A stretch of DNA of 58,034 nucleotides from the IMG/VR virus record IMGVR_UViG_3300029337_000010, positions 1 through 58,034 of that record. One strand, given 5' to 3'. This document shows, one piece after another, positions 33,698-42,383 of this stretch. Origin of the DNA: a virus. Position numbers and translations under genes: made by a program. The number at the start of each line of letters is the position of its first letter. The first letter of the stretch is position 1. The notes under the pieces were generated by a model that had not been told where the DNA came from, searched no databases, and saw nothing but the letters and a program-made list of their open reading frames with translations.

Positions 33698-34510
33698 GTG
33701 GCACCTCTTCTTTCTTTGGGTGGCTCAACTCATAATTTGATTGCTTAATTTTGAGTTTTGCCACAAATAATTCTCTTTGTTTCTGAATTTCCTCTTCTGT
33801 CATTTCAGAATCGTTTAACAAACTATGCTTTGTGATAGGATTGTCTATATACTTTGATTTAGCTTTTTTACCGGCAAGGCAATGTTCTACTGCCACCGAT
33901 ACCGCTGACAATCCATATGTTCCAAACCACATCCACATATCATTGTCTTTTTGCTTTTTCTCTAAGTTGTAAACGTCTGCATATGGCTTTAAATCAGCCG
34001 GGCAGGACGCGTCTATATCATGCACAGTAAATCCGTACCCCTTTGTAACTAAAAGCCAAAACGGGCGGATTTCCGTGCAATACGTTTCCCATGTAAGCTC
34101 TCTCTGTTCTTCTACTTTTTCCTCGGAGTTTTCTTCTCCGCTTCTTTCTGCTCTGCTTTGAGCAGTTTTGATAAAAAACCGTTTTCAAGTAACTCTGCTA
34201 AAAGTGCATTGTAAAGTGCATGAACATCTGCATCTTCTCCGTCAAAGTAGTCATCCAGCATGGCATATACTTTTCCAAGCTGCTGTTCCTTTTCTTCTTC
34301 AGTTTCCAAGTTGTATCCAAGCTCCTCTTTGTGAAACTTCTGCGCGCCTACAAGGATTAACTCCGGAATGAATAAAAGGATTTCGTCAACCGCTTCAATA
34401 TTTTTCATCTGGTCTAATTTTGCTACTTTCTTGATAATTCCGCTTTTTACTGTTGCTTCATATCCGAATTTGATCTGTAACTCTTTCTCTCCAAGCTTTA
34501 ATTTTGTCAT
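33687..34510 (-). CDS. Tail assembly chaperone G-T fusion made by a -1 programmed frameshift
   Basis: The -1 frame is open from the slippery G-AAA-AAG (34115-34121) through to ORF 33687..34025 with no stop. The downstream part (DMWMWFGTYGLSAVSVAVEHCLAGKKAKSKY) looks gp15/T-like. Confidence 0.65.
34112..34510 (-). CDS. Tail assembly chaperone (G-like)
   Basis: 132 aa, located between the major tail and tape measure genes. It ends AGG AAA AAG TAG. Confidence 0.75.
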   Translation of the reverse strand: MTKLKLGEKELQIKFGYEATVKSGIIKKVAKLDQMKNIEAVDEILLFIPELILVGAQKFHKEELGYNLETEEEKEQQLGKVYAMLDDYFDGEDADVHALYNALLAELLENGFLSKLLKAEQKEAEKKTPRKK

Positions 34511-34646
34511 ATTCTTTCCCTTTCTCCCTTTTTATAGGGAAAGGGCAGTCCGAAGACCGCCCTATTCTTTTACACTGTTTCCTCAAGTTCCGATTCGGTT
34601 GTCTGATTATCGTCAGCCGATTCAACCGAACTATTCGACTGACGTG

Positions 34647-35147
34647 TTATTCCCCCGGTGTAAACGCCACAGCCGTGTCCATTCCCTTGTATTCCTCAAT
34701 GGTAAGGTTCATTTCAACCGTCAAAAGCTCATTCTGACCAATCTCCGGCTGCGGTATCTGCTCCGGTGGCTGCGCAACCACAAAAAATGCGTCGGTAAAT
34801 CCAGGAATAATAGTTTCAAACCACATTCTTTTTCCGCCGGAAAGCGCCTTATACGCCGTGATAAGCGTTTCCCACTCTTCCTTTGTGGCATCCGTAAGGT
34901 TTACCGTGATAGGGAAAGATCCACCTGTATCTGCGCGCCCCTTTACATATCTGGTAATTGGATCCTCTAAAGCGGATGCGTCGATCTGTTCCGGCTCAAT
35001 GTTAATACCGCCAATCGAGTTAATTCTTGTGAGTTGTTTAAACGATGTAGGCTTTGTTCCGGCTGTCGCTTCTGTGCCATAGCCAAACGTAATTCCTAAC
35101 GTAGACAATCCTGCTGCTGCCATTTTTACCTCTCTTTCTACCGCCAA
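34647..35147 (-). CDS. Major tail protein
   Basis: 166 aa, positioned before the chaperone pair. A hairpin lies downstream at 34543-34562. Confidence 0.7.
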   Translation of the reverse strand: MAVEREVKMAAAGLSTLGITFGYGTEATAGTKPTSFKQLTRINSIGGINIEPEQIDASALEDPITRYVKGRADTGGSFPITVNLTDATKEEWETLITAYKALSGGKRMWFETIIPGFTDAFFVVAQPPEQIPQPEIGQNELLTVEMNLTIEEYKGMDTAVAFTPGE

Positions 35148-35188
35148 ATAATGCGGTTATCAGACGCATATCTTTGCGCCCGGTGCAT

Positions 35189-35211
35189 AAAAAATAGAGC
35201 CTTTCGGCTCT
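35189..35211 (-). terminator. Hairpin terminator upstream of the major tail gene
   Basis: AGAGCC-GAAA-GGCTCT followed by ATTTTTT on the minus strand. Confidence 0.55.
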
Positions 35212-35212
35212 T

Positions 35213-35644
35213 TTACATCAATCTGTCGTTGGCTCCGATTATCCTCCGGAACCTTGCAACGCTTCTAAATTTTTTTTCGCTGTCGTTTTTAAACTCCGGC
35301 ATTGCTGTAATTTGAAATCGCATCTGCTTAAAGGCATCGGCTAAAATAGCCATGATCCCTTTTGCATCGCTCTGCTTTGTGTTTGTAATGACGTCAACCT
35401 GTATTGTTTCCTGCACTGCATTTACGGATGTGCCCTCTAAATCTGCCCCACGTTCAAGCCCCGGCATCTCATGGATGTAAATAGTCGGGAAAACAGGGTC
35501 TTTATCTAGGTTCTTTTCAACCGTTGTAAATGCAGTGTCAAAATTCATGCTTTTGTATTTCTTCTGGAGTTTTGGTTTTGCTATCGTTACAACATTGGAA
35601 AAAATGTTTGTTTCAAGGTCAAATACCCACTGGTTGCCTGCCAT
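35213..35644 (-). CDS. Tail terminator / completion protein (by position)
   Basis: 143 aa with a 1-nt overlap to the upstream gene. Confidence 0.5.
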   Translation of the reverse strand: MAGNQWVFDLETNIFSNVVTIAKPKLQKKYKSMNFDTAFTTVEKNLDKDPVFPTIYIHEMPGLERGADLEGTSVNAVQETIQVDVITNTKQSDAKGIMAILADAFKQMRFQITAMPEFKNDSEKKFRSVARFRRIIGANDRLM

Positions 35645-36171
35645 TATCCAAACACCTCCTTCGCTGTCTGTGTAACAATCTGACGCAACTCATTTGCGGT
35701 CAGATACATAAATGGTCGGCTTGGCATTCCCTCTGTAAACCACCAATCGCCATTGTCGTCCTGATAAAACCATCCATATCTTCCATCTGAAATCTGATGT
35801 ATAGTTTTTCCACTTGCGTACTGCCACGAAACACCCTCTGGCAGTTTCCCAGGATAAGGACTTTGCTGTCCCACAATTCCGGTTCCAAACTCAACAAATG
35901 CGGCATGGTCTGTACCGGCTATTACCGCCCATATACCGCCGCCCTTAGTGCTTCCTTCATATTCCGCATGAACACTTGAAATCAGTTCCGATGTAAATAT
36001 TGCGTCAAGGTCAGCAATTTGCACTCTGGCAATCTCTACGCCCTTTTCCGCGAGTTTTTCTGCCAATAGCTGACATTTGTATGTCAATCTGTTTTGATAG
36101 GCTCTAAGCTCTCGTATGGCGTTCTGAATAGACTTTTCAGACAGGCTCATTGTGATTACTTTCTTCCCCAT
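35644..36171 (-). CDS. HK97 gp10-like head-tail joining protein
   Basis: 175 aa. AAFVEFGTG is typical of the gp10 family. Confidence 0.65.
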   Translation of the reverse strand: MGKKVITMSLSEKSIQNAIRELRAYQNRLTYKCQLLAEKLAEKGVEIARVQIADLDAIFTSELISSVHAEYEGSTKGGGIWAVIAGTDHAAFVEFGTGIVGQQSPYPGKLPEGVSWQYASGKTIHQISDGRYGWFYQDDNGDWWFTEGMPSRPFMYLTANELRQIVTQTAKEVFG

Positions 36172-36178
36172 GCCGCAC

Positions 36179-36649
36179 CTACTTCACATTTTTTTGCAAT
36201 AAGAACAAATCAACCGTCAATCCCTCGTCTGCGACACCTTTTACGATGTAATCAGCCGAATTTTCGTCAACGATTGTATTCTCTTCATCTTTGTACCTTA
36301 CATCTGACCGTTTCCATACCAAAGAGCCGACGCTCAATGGAAGTTTCCCTTTGTCCTCGACAATCTGAACAAAGTTTGTTGAATTGTCAACGCCAAACTC
36401 TTTTATAAGTGCTTCACTCAACTTATTGCTGATTGAAGAATAAAAAACCACAGGCTTCTCATAACCTGTGGTATATTCTCCGGTTGTTTTCGGTATTTTG
36501 TTTCCATCTTCATCGAGGTAATAAATTACATTTCCATCTGAATCAGTATATGAAGAATATTCGATGTTTCCATCCTCGTCCGTCACATACACCGGAACCT
36601 TTCCGCTCTGTAGCGAATAACTCATTTTTTGCTTATTGATCTCAAGCAT
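36179..36649 (-). CDS. Head-tail adaptor-region protein, unknown family
   Basis: 156-aa ORF in the connector block. Confidence 0.45.
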   Translation of the reverse strand: MLEINKQKMSYSLQSGKVPVYVTDEDGNIEYSSYTDSDGNVIYYLDEDGNKIPKTTGEYTTGYEKPVVFYSSISNKLSEALIKEFGVDNSTNFVQIVEDKGKLPLSVGSLVWKRSDVRYKDEENTIVDENSADYIVKGVADEGLTVDLFLLQKNVK

Positions 36650-36650
36650 T

Positions 36651-36977
36651 TCACTTCACATCCTTGCCGAACCGCTTCCACAGCTCAGAAAGCTTTTCCC
36701 ATCCATACATCGCGACAAACGCAACAATAAATCCTGCAATAATAGCCGCCAAGATCATATACCATAAAATTGATGTCTGGATGTACTGCATGTATGCCAC
36801 AAACGCAGCGACCGTGATACCGATGGAAAGGGCAAATACCAAGATGTCCGTCGGAACCTTAGAAAATACGCCTACGCCTTTGATTACCTGTGTTACCACA
36901 GACACAACAAATGCCAGCGCACCAATAATCGCCAGAATAATTGTCATGTTAGCAATTACCGCCTGTATAATATCCAT
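36651..36977 (-). CDS. Holin-like multi-pass membrane protein
   Basis: 108 aa with 3-4 hydrophobic helices and a charged C terminus (WKRFGKDVK). It lies directly downstream of the XhlA-like gene. Confidence 0.7.
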   Translation of the reverse strand: MDIIQAVIANMTIILAIIGALAFVVSVVTQVIKGVGVFSKVPTDILVFALSIGITVAAFVAYMQYIQTSILWYMILAAIIAGFIVAFVAMYGWEKLSELWKRFGKDVK

Positions 36978-36979
36978 GA

Positions 36980-37294
36980 TTAAGCCTCCTTGTCATCATT
37001 AAGACGGGTTTCTATTCCGTCAATTCTGTGATGAGCCGATTTCACACTTTCCTCGACCTTTATGATCCTGTTGTCATGAGAATTTATTTCTTTTCGCATC
37101 TCAGATACTTCATTTTTGATCTCGGTCGTGTTGTTTGAAATGGCATCCAACTTCATGTTAATGCGTGTGTTCTCCCTCACGCGCTCTTCAAGATCCGTGT
37201 TGTCTGTCCTTTTGTTGCTCTTCAAGCCCATAAAGACGGAAAAACCAAGCGACAGCACGCTTATAATGATTGCTGTTGATATTTCAATCGTCAA
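36980..37294 (-). CDS. XhlA-like membrane-anchored coiled-coil lysis accessory protein
   Basis: 104 aa with a TTG start, an N-terminal TM helix and then a coiled coil. It resembles the XhlA partners of PBSX-type holins. Confidence 0.55.
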   Translation of the reverse strand: MTIEISTAIIISVLSLGFSVFMGLKSNKRTDNTDLEERVRENTRINMKLDAISNNTTEIKNEVSEMRKEINSHDNRIIKVEESVKSAHHRIDGIETRLNDDKEA

Positions 37295-37424
37295 ATCATA
37301 TACCGCCTTTCATTTTTTATGGCACACCGCCCACCACCGCTCAATGTGTGCCGCCTGCTACGTTTTGTCGACGCCGGCAAAACGTAACGCACAATCTTCT
37401 TTTATTAATGCCCTATAGGCGATG

Positions 37425-37805
37425 TTAAATTGCTTTTACAAACGGAAATACACCGACAAACAGGCTTTCCCGGTCTTTCCAGCTACGGCTTACGCCGTTC
37501 TCTGAATAGCTTGCCATATAGGCTTCTCCTGCCTGTGAATGGTCGTACACGACTAAATTGACGATTACATCCTCAAACTTTTTCAAGTCCTCGGATATTT
37601 TTTCATCTGTGTAGCTTTCCGGGTAATTCCGCTTGCTTACCAATTCATTTCTTGCCTGCTTGATAATCTGTTCGATGTAAGGGTTATCTTCTTTTTGGTC
37701 GAACACGACAACATCAGAAGTAACACCATCTTCATCCGTGACTGTTTCGATATGAAATTGTTTCAGTCTGATTTTGACCTGCTCTAATGTTGTGTATTCG
37801 CTCAT
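37425..37805 (-). CDS. gp6-like head-tail connector protein
   Basis: Start at MSEYTTLEQVKIRLKQ. This N-terminal pattern is typical of connector / DNA-packaging proteins. Confidence 0.65.
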   Translation of the reverse strand: MSEYTTLEQVKIRLKQFHIETVTDEDGVTSDVVVFDQKEDNPYIEQIIKQARNELVSKRNYPESYTDEKISEDLKKFEDVIVNLVVYDHSQAGEAYMASYSENGVSRSWKDRESLFVGVFPFVKAI

Positions 37806-37815
37806 TCTTCCCCAC

Positions 37816-38046
37816 CTATAATCCGAACTGCTCAATCAAAATACGTTTCAGTTCCGCTCCGCTGATTTCTTCTGCACCCTCAATCCCATGTTCAGCGGCA
37901 AGTGCCTGTAAATCAGCAGTGCTCATTCTGTTAATCTCTGTCTTGGTGTACCCGCCGGAAGATTTCTCTCCCGGAACAATGTCCGGGATTTCATCTCCTG
38001 CTTTATACCATCTTCCATTGCGTTTTACCGTGTATTCAGCAATCAT
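37816..38046 (-). CDS. Small protein with a C-terminal HeH/SAP-like motif
   Basis: Start at MIAEYTV with RBS TAGGAGGTG. MSTADLQALAAEHGIEGAEEISGAELKRILIEQ. Confidence 0.5.
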   Translation of the reverse strand: MIAEYTVKRNGRWYKAGDEIPDIVPGEKSSGGYTKTEINRMSTADLQALAAEHGIEGAEEISGAELKRILIEQFGL

Positions 38047-38056
38047 ACCGCACCTC

Positions 38057-39151
38057 CTACGCAACTTTCATGACAACAACGCTGTCCATGCCCTCAAAAG
38101 TAGGCAATCCGATCATTGACACAACGCAATGAGTGTTGATCGGATGATTTGTTGCGTATGTATATACCGAAATACCGGTTTCTACAATAGAAAGGTTTCC
38201 GTCTGTCAAACTTCCGCTTCTCTCTTCCGGTGTCTTTCCAAAGACATAATCTCCAAGGTACACGCCGGATGCCTGCGCTGAAATAACTCCTGTAGGAATA
38301 AAATATTTGGTGGCACCGTCTGCAGGGTCGATGTAAAGTTTGTCGTAAACTTCAATCTCGATGCCGTATCCTCTAAGATACTCTGTAACCTGCCCCTGCT
38401 GTAAGCGAATGCCGCCATTGTAAGCAGTAATTCCAAGCACCTGTTTCTTTGTGTCCTCCGCCTTAAGGACCATTTCCCATGTTTCTGTATTCATGCTAAA
38501 GCGTGCAAGGGAATATCCGGTTTTCTTTGCAAACTCACGTTTAATCTCGATAAGGTCATCAAGTGGAGTTGCTGTTTCGGATGCAGACCATTTATCGGTA
38601 TCGCTTCCGGATATATCCTTGTAATGATCTCTCTTGTGCGCCACTCCATTGTCCGAAGTATAATCCACATAGTAGCTCTTTCCGCCAATTGTTACCTGTA
38701 CTCTTGGAATACCATCAGATGGTGCTAATAACTGCCAAATCTGGCGTTCCGGCACCACTCTTGCCCCCTCAATAAGCATCATCGGTTTTTTGCTGATTTC
38801 TCTAAGCACCTGGTTTGCCATGTTGGAATTTTCTGCCGACTGGTAATTTGCATACTCCTGCTCTTCACGCTCTGTTACCATGTAAGATTCACGGTAGAAA
38901 GGCATCTCGTTCTGAATGTCCGAAAATCCACCAACGTCTCTTAACTCTGCCTGCGCATCAAAATTGGATGCCTTTAAGGATACTGGAAGACCGTTTTTTC
39001 CTTTGATAAATCTAAGCTCAAGGCTGTCCTGTTTTCTGGTTCCAAATTTCTGTCTACCTAAGTAAGGCGCAGAACCAAGCGTTTTTTCATAATTATTCCA
39101 CATAACCCCAAGGCTTCTTGCGGTAAATGCTTCTGATAATGGTAATGCCAT
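38057..39151 (-). CDS. Major capsid protein (gpE-like family)
   Basis: 364 aa. Its position after the scaffold and decoration genes supports the call, and the N-terminal region resembles E-type capsid proteins. Confidence 0.8.
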   Translation of the reverse strand: MALPLSEAFTARSLGVMWNNYEKTLGSAPYLGRQKFGTRKQDSLELRFIKGKNGLPVSLKASNFDAQAELRDVGGFSDIQNEMPFYRESYMVTEREEQEYANYQSAENSNMANQVLREISKKPMMLIEGARVVPERQIWQLLAPSDGIPRVQVTIGGKSYYVDYTSDNGVAHKRDHYKDISGSDTDKWSASETATPLDDLIEIKREFAKKTGYSLARFSMNTETWEMVLKAEDTKKQVLGITAYNGGIRLQQGQVTEYLRGYGIEIEVYDKLYIDPADGATKYFIPTGVISAQASGVYLGDYVFGKTPEERSGSLTDGNLSIVETGISVYTYATNHPINTHCVVSMIGLPTFEGMDSVVVMKVA

Positions 39152-39170
39152 TCTCTAATACCTCCATTTC

Positions 39171-39500
39171 TTAATCAAAAAAAGTGACACGCGGTGTTGC
39201 TGCTTTTGCAGTTGCTTCCACGGTCACTCCGTTCGCTGTTACCTTTGCGTTGTCAATAGAACCCTGATATACATAAGTTCCAGGCGCATCTCCCATTGTT
39301 ACGTCAACATCTTCCAGAAGATACCCTTTGCAAGATTCGTCATTGCTTGGGAACGGTGTCCCTGCCTTTGCAATCTTCTTTCCGTTTGCATCGGCACTTG
39401 GCACCATTGTCTGCGGAACGATGCACGCCGCACCCTCATAAGGAAAGAATTTTAAAATTCCTTTACTCTGTGTAAAGTCTCTTTCAATCGGTTTTCCCAT
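39171..39500 (-). CDS. Head decoration / accessory capsid protein (by position)
   Basis: 109 aa, between the scaffold and capsid genes. Confidence 0.45.
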   Translation of the reverse strand: MGKPIERDFTQSKGILKFFPYEGAACIVPQTMVPSADANGKKIAKAGTPFPSNDESCKGYLLEDVDVTMGDAPGTYVYQGSIDNAKVTANGVTVEATAKAATPRVTFFD

Positions 39501-39510
39501 AATTTACCTC

Positions 39511-40059
39511 CTATAAAACATAATGGTCTTTGGCTTCTGCATTTTTTGCCGGTTCGCCAAAGCTGATACTTTCGGCATTTTCAACATCTGCCGTTTTTTT
39601 ATTCTCTCCACCTGCAGTACCGCCGCCCGGATTTTCAGAATTATTCGCAATCTCCTGTTCCTTTGCCTGCGCTGCTGCGGTTTCCTTTTCGGATGTAATC
39701 TTTCCAAGAGCGTCATAATCAAGGCTTCCATCATCTTTGACGACCGTTTTTGCCTGCTCTGCATTGATTTTTAACTTTTCCATCAATGCTTCGCGCTGAT
39801 CTCTGATAGCATTTTTTTTCTGCATATCTGCAATCTGCTGATTTGCTGTCTCTAACGCCTTGTTTGCTTTTTCAAGTTCCGTGAGGTTTCCTGCTTCCAT
39901 TTCATCCAGCTTTTTCTGCAACTCATCTGCGCTGTCTGCCTTTGCCTTAAGCTCTGCTGCTTTTGCCTGTTCTCTCTGTACGGCACTGCCGTAATCAGCA
40001 ATGATTTTCTCAACATTTTCCTCACTGATACCCATTGCAATTAACTCTTCTCTTTTCAT
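39511..40059 (-). CDS. Scaffolding protein (GP20-like)
   Basis: 182 aa, coiled-coil and Ala/Glu/Lys-rich, located after the portal. Confidence 0.75.
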   Translation of the reverse strand: MKREELIAMGISEENVEKIIADYGSAVQREQAKAAELKAKADSADELQKKLDEMEAGNLTELEKANKALETANQQIADMQKKNAIRDQREALMEKLKINAEQAKTVVKDDGSLDYDALGKITSEKETAAAQAKEQEIANNSENPGGGTAGGENKKTADVENAESISFGEPAKNAEAKDHYVL

Positions 40060-40173
40060 TGATTACCTCCGATATGTCTTTACGAATTTTTGCGGTGCAA
40101 CGACACCGAATGACACTGTTGTTTTTTACGCTCACAACTTTGCGAATTTTTATAAAATAAAAACAGCCGCCGA

Positions 40174-41607
40174 TTACTCGGTAGCTGTCTTATTTTGCTG
40201 TTTATTTAATTGATTTACAATTTCCTGCGCTTTTTGTTCCTGCTCTTCTGCATCATCAATAGTTTTCCATAAAGCACCCATGTATGGCTTAGACTGCAAA
40301 AATGTTTTTTCCGAATCGCCCCAGAGTCCGACCGTTTTAATTGCAATAAGAGGATGTATGCCGCACTCTAATAGCTGATATAGCGTTTGCGACTTTGTAT
40401 ACATATTGTCCTGTGGGCTATGATTGATTTGCACATCAAAATCTCTAACTGACAAGTCCAAATCATGATCTTTAACTCGTATTGCATTTAAGACAACTTT
40501 TGCAAGCTTTTTTTCTGCTGATTTCACAATTGGATCTTTTAACTTTGCACGGGTTTTTGAAAAATCCCATCCATTTCTCAACTCTACTGCGCCCTGTGTA
40601 TCTCCGCCAGTGTTTCCCTGTTTGTTTGGTATGGCAAGAATTGATAAAGCATTGTCCCAAAGATCATCTTTCGCCACCTGGCACTGACTCTGGTTAAGTT
40701 CCTGCGTCATGATTTCAACATCGGCTTTGTTGTCCTTGTTGTTGGACTTTACCGTCAAAGCATGGCTCATTTTCATTTGTTCAAATGTCGCTGTGTCAAT
40801 CTCACAGTTTACAAATTTTACCCAGTACTGAACAAACTGCTCAATTCCATCCATTCTGTTCGACTGCATATTGTTGATGGCATCTAGAAGACCTATGACA
40901 AGTTCAATGTCTGATATTCTTTCGTGGTTGTTTGGAAACTCAACAATAGGAATGCTTCCAAATGCGTGCAATTTCCATTCAGAAACTACTCCATTTTGAA
41001 TTTTGCATGAATGACTGTCTGTATAGCACAGTTTGTACCATCTTCCATCCTCGTCCTTAAGTTCTTGTACTGCAAGAACCGGTTCTTCCGTGCTCCGATT
41101 ATAAATAACACACGTATTCATCGGAGTAGGAGCAACAATTTGAAATGGTATTTCTCCATTTGAAAATCTCACCGCCTTGAAAGATGTTCCGGTTGCTGAC
41201 TGCCATTCACCAGCTTTAATGTCCTTTTCCTGTTTATTTGCATCAACAAGATAGTCGTTCAGCGCATCCACTGCCTTGTTAATCGCATCATCATCTTTTC
41301 TACTGATAAACTGGATTGGCTCACCGTATGTCTGACCTACTTTGAACTGAACAATCTCATACGCATGATTTTCTACTATTTTGTTTGTAATATCAGCATT
41401 TTGTACCTTTAATCGATATAAAATCGGCTGATCTCCTTTATAATACCGCCATAGGTATTCTATGATGGTTTTGTTGTAATAATAATTACCGATGCAGTCT
41501 CCCACCACCTTGACAATATTGTCTGCTGTGATGGTTTCAACATCAGTATATAAAATTTTTCGCCCATAACAGCCCTTAACAAGATCTTGGAGAGATTTAT
41601 TATTCAT
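40174..41607 (-). CDS. Portal protein (SPP1 gp6-like)
   Basis: 477 aa. Its size and its position after terL support the call. The N-terminal EYLWRYYKGDQPILYR is portal-like. Confidence 0.85.
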   Translation of the reverse strand: MNNKSLQDLVKGCYGRKILYTDVETITADNIVKVVGDCIGNYYYNKTIIEYLWRYYKGDQPILYRLKVQNADITNKIVENHAYEIVQFKVGQTYGEPIQFISRKDDDAINKAVDALNDYLVDANKQEKDIKAGEWQSATGTSFKAVRFSNGEIPFQIVAPTPMNTCVIYNRSTEEPVLAVQELKDEDGRWYKLCYTDSHSCKIQNGVVSEWKLHAFGSIPIVEFPNNHERISDIELVIGLLDAINNMQSNRMDGIEQFVQYWVKFVNCEIDTATFEQMKMSHALTVKSNNKDNKADVEIMTQELNQSQCQVAKDDLWDNALSILAIPNKQGNTGGDTQGAVELRNGWDFSKTRAKLKDPIVKSAEKKLAKVVLNAIRVKDHDLDLSVRDFDVQINHSPQDNMYTKSQTLYQLLECGIHPLIAIKTVGLWGDSEKTFLQSKPYMGALWKTIDDAEEQEQKAQEIVNQLNKQQNKTATE

Positions 41608-41616
41608 AATTGGCTC

Positions 41617-41814
41617 CTAAATAAACGTCATCCCACTGGATGTTGACCGGATTGGAAGAGATTTTAATTCTGTTTTTCCATTTTCCGGATAAAATACCAC
41701 TTTTTTGTGACATTTCCTACATTCTACAGAAATGTTCATTGTTGAACGCCCGTCGTGTGTGGCAACTTTTCTTCCGCAACGCGGGCAATATATTGTTTTT
41801 GGTGTATATCCCAT
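41617..41814 (-). CDS. Small zinc-ribbon protein
   Basis: Start at MGYTPK with RBS AGAGGA. Contains CPRCGRK...CRKCHKK. Confidence 0.55.
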   Translation of the reverse strand: MGYTPKTIYCPRCGRKVATHDGRSTMNISVECRKCHKKVVFYPENGKTELKSLPIRSTSSGMTFI

Positions 41815-41959
41815 AAAATCCTCTTTTCTTTGTAAAAGAAAAAGCACCGGAGATTTCTCTACGATGCTTTTCCAGATTGGGGGAGGTGAAGTATTCAACT
41901 TTTGTTGTTTTCTTCGATTATAACTATATCATTTTTTCAATATGACATTCTATGACATT

Positions 41960-42382
41960 TTACAAATAAGTTGCTCCATATTTTTGCTCAAATTTTTTTA
42001 ATGCAATTCCATGAAGCCTTATTGTCTGTCTCCAAGAGTAATTCATTTCGGTTGCAATAACCTCAAATGTCTTTTTTTCTATGTACTTTGAAAACAACAC
42101 ATTATAGACATTTTCATCTTCCATGCTATCTATCTGGCTGACAATCTGATCTCTTTTGATGATATATTCATCAACCAGTGCATCTATATTCCGTTCCATT
42201 TCATCTATTTTTGCCTGCTTTGTTCCTATTTTATCAAAATTTGGCGTTGCCATTACTCTTTCTTCATTTGTAATTGACGATATGCTGCATGACAGCTCTT
42301 TAAGTTGTGCAAGCTCTACGAGCTTATTATTTATCATCCGGTTAAGCCTGCTTATCTGGTTTAGATAGTCCTTTGTTGTCAT
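41960..42382 (-). CDS. Sigma-70 region-4-like regulator (DUF1492/ArpU-like)
   Basis: 140 aa. The C-terminal FEVIATEMNYSWRQTIRLHGIALKKF is an HTH. It lies unusually downstream of terL. Confidence 0.55.
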   Translation of the reverse strand: MTTKDYLNQISRLNRMINNKLVELAQLKELSCSISSITNEERVMATPNFDKIGTKQAKIDEMERNIDALVDEYIIKRDQIVSQIDSMEDENVYNVLFSKYIEKKTFEVIATEMNYSWRQTIRLHGIALKKFEQKYGATYL

Positions 42383-42383
42383 A

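Noticed and set aside
23051-41619. Genome-wide reassignment of TAG (a recoded phage genetic code), suggested by the two in-frame TAG cases
   Set aside because: I checked the stop codons by hand. Many well-defined genes end in TAG at positions that make sense as true ends. These include the capsid (38057), scaffold (39511), fibre (23051), 36179, 37816, 41617, chaperone G, and the early genes at 12306, 12680 and 13905. The TAG is often part of the next gene's Shine-Dalgarno (TAGGAGG), and another stop follows within a few codons. The large structural ORFs are intact under the standard code. Any read-through is therefore local and not a code change.
41607-41619. The zinc-ribbon ORF (41617..) and the portal, and likewise 12306/12302, are in the same frame and separated only by TAG plus 1-3 codons, which could suggest fusion proteins
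   Set aside because: The TAG is embedded in a good RBS (TTTAGGAGCC, GGAGTAGCC) for the downstream ATG. The frame coincidence has a 1-in-3 chance. Ordinary translational coupling explains it.
41899-41959. The direct repeat ATGACATT x2 and a TATAAT-like element upstream of the zinc-ribbon and portal genes as an internal late promoter
   Set aside because: No acceptable -35 lies at 16-18 bp, and the repeat is short. The evidence is insufficient.
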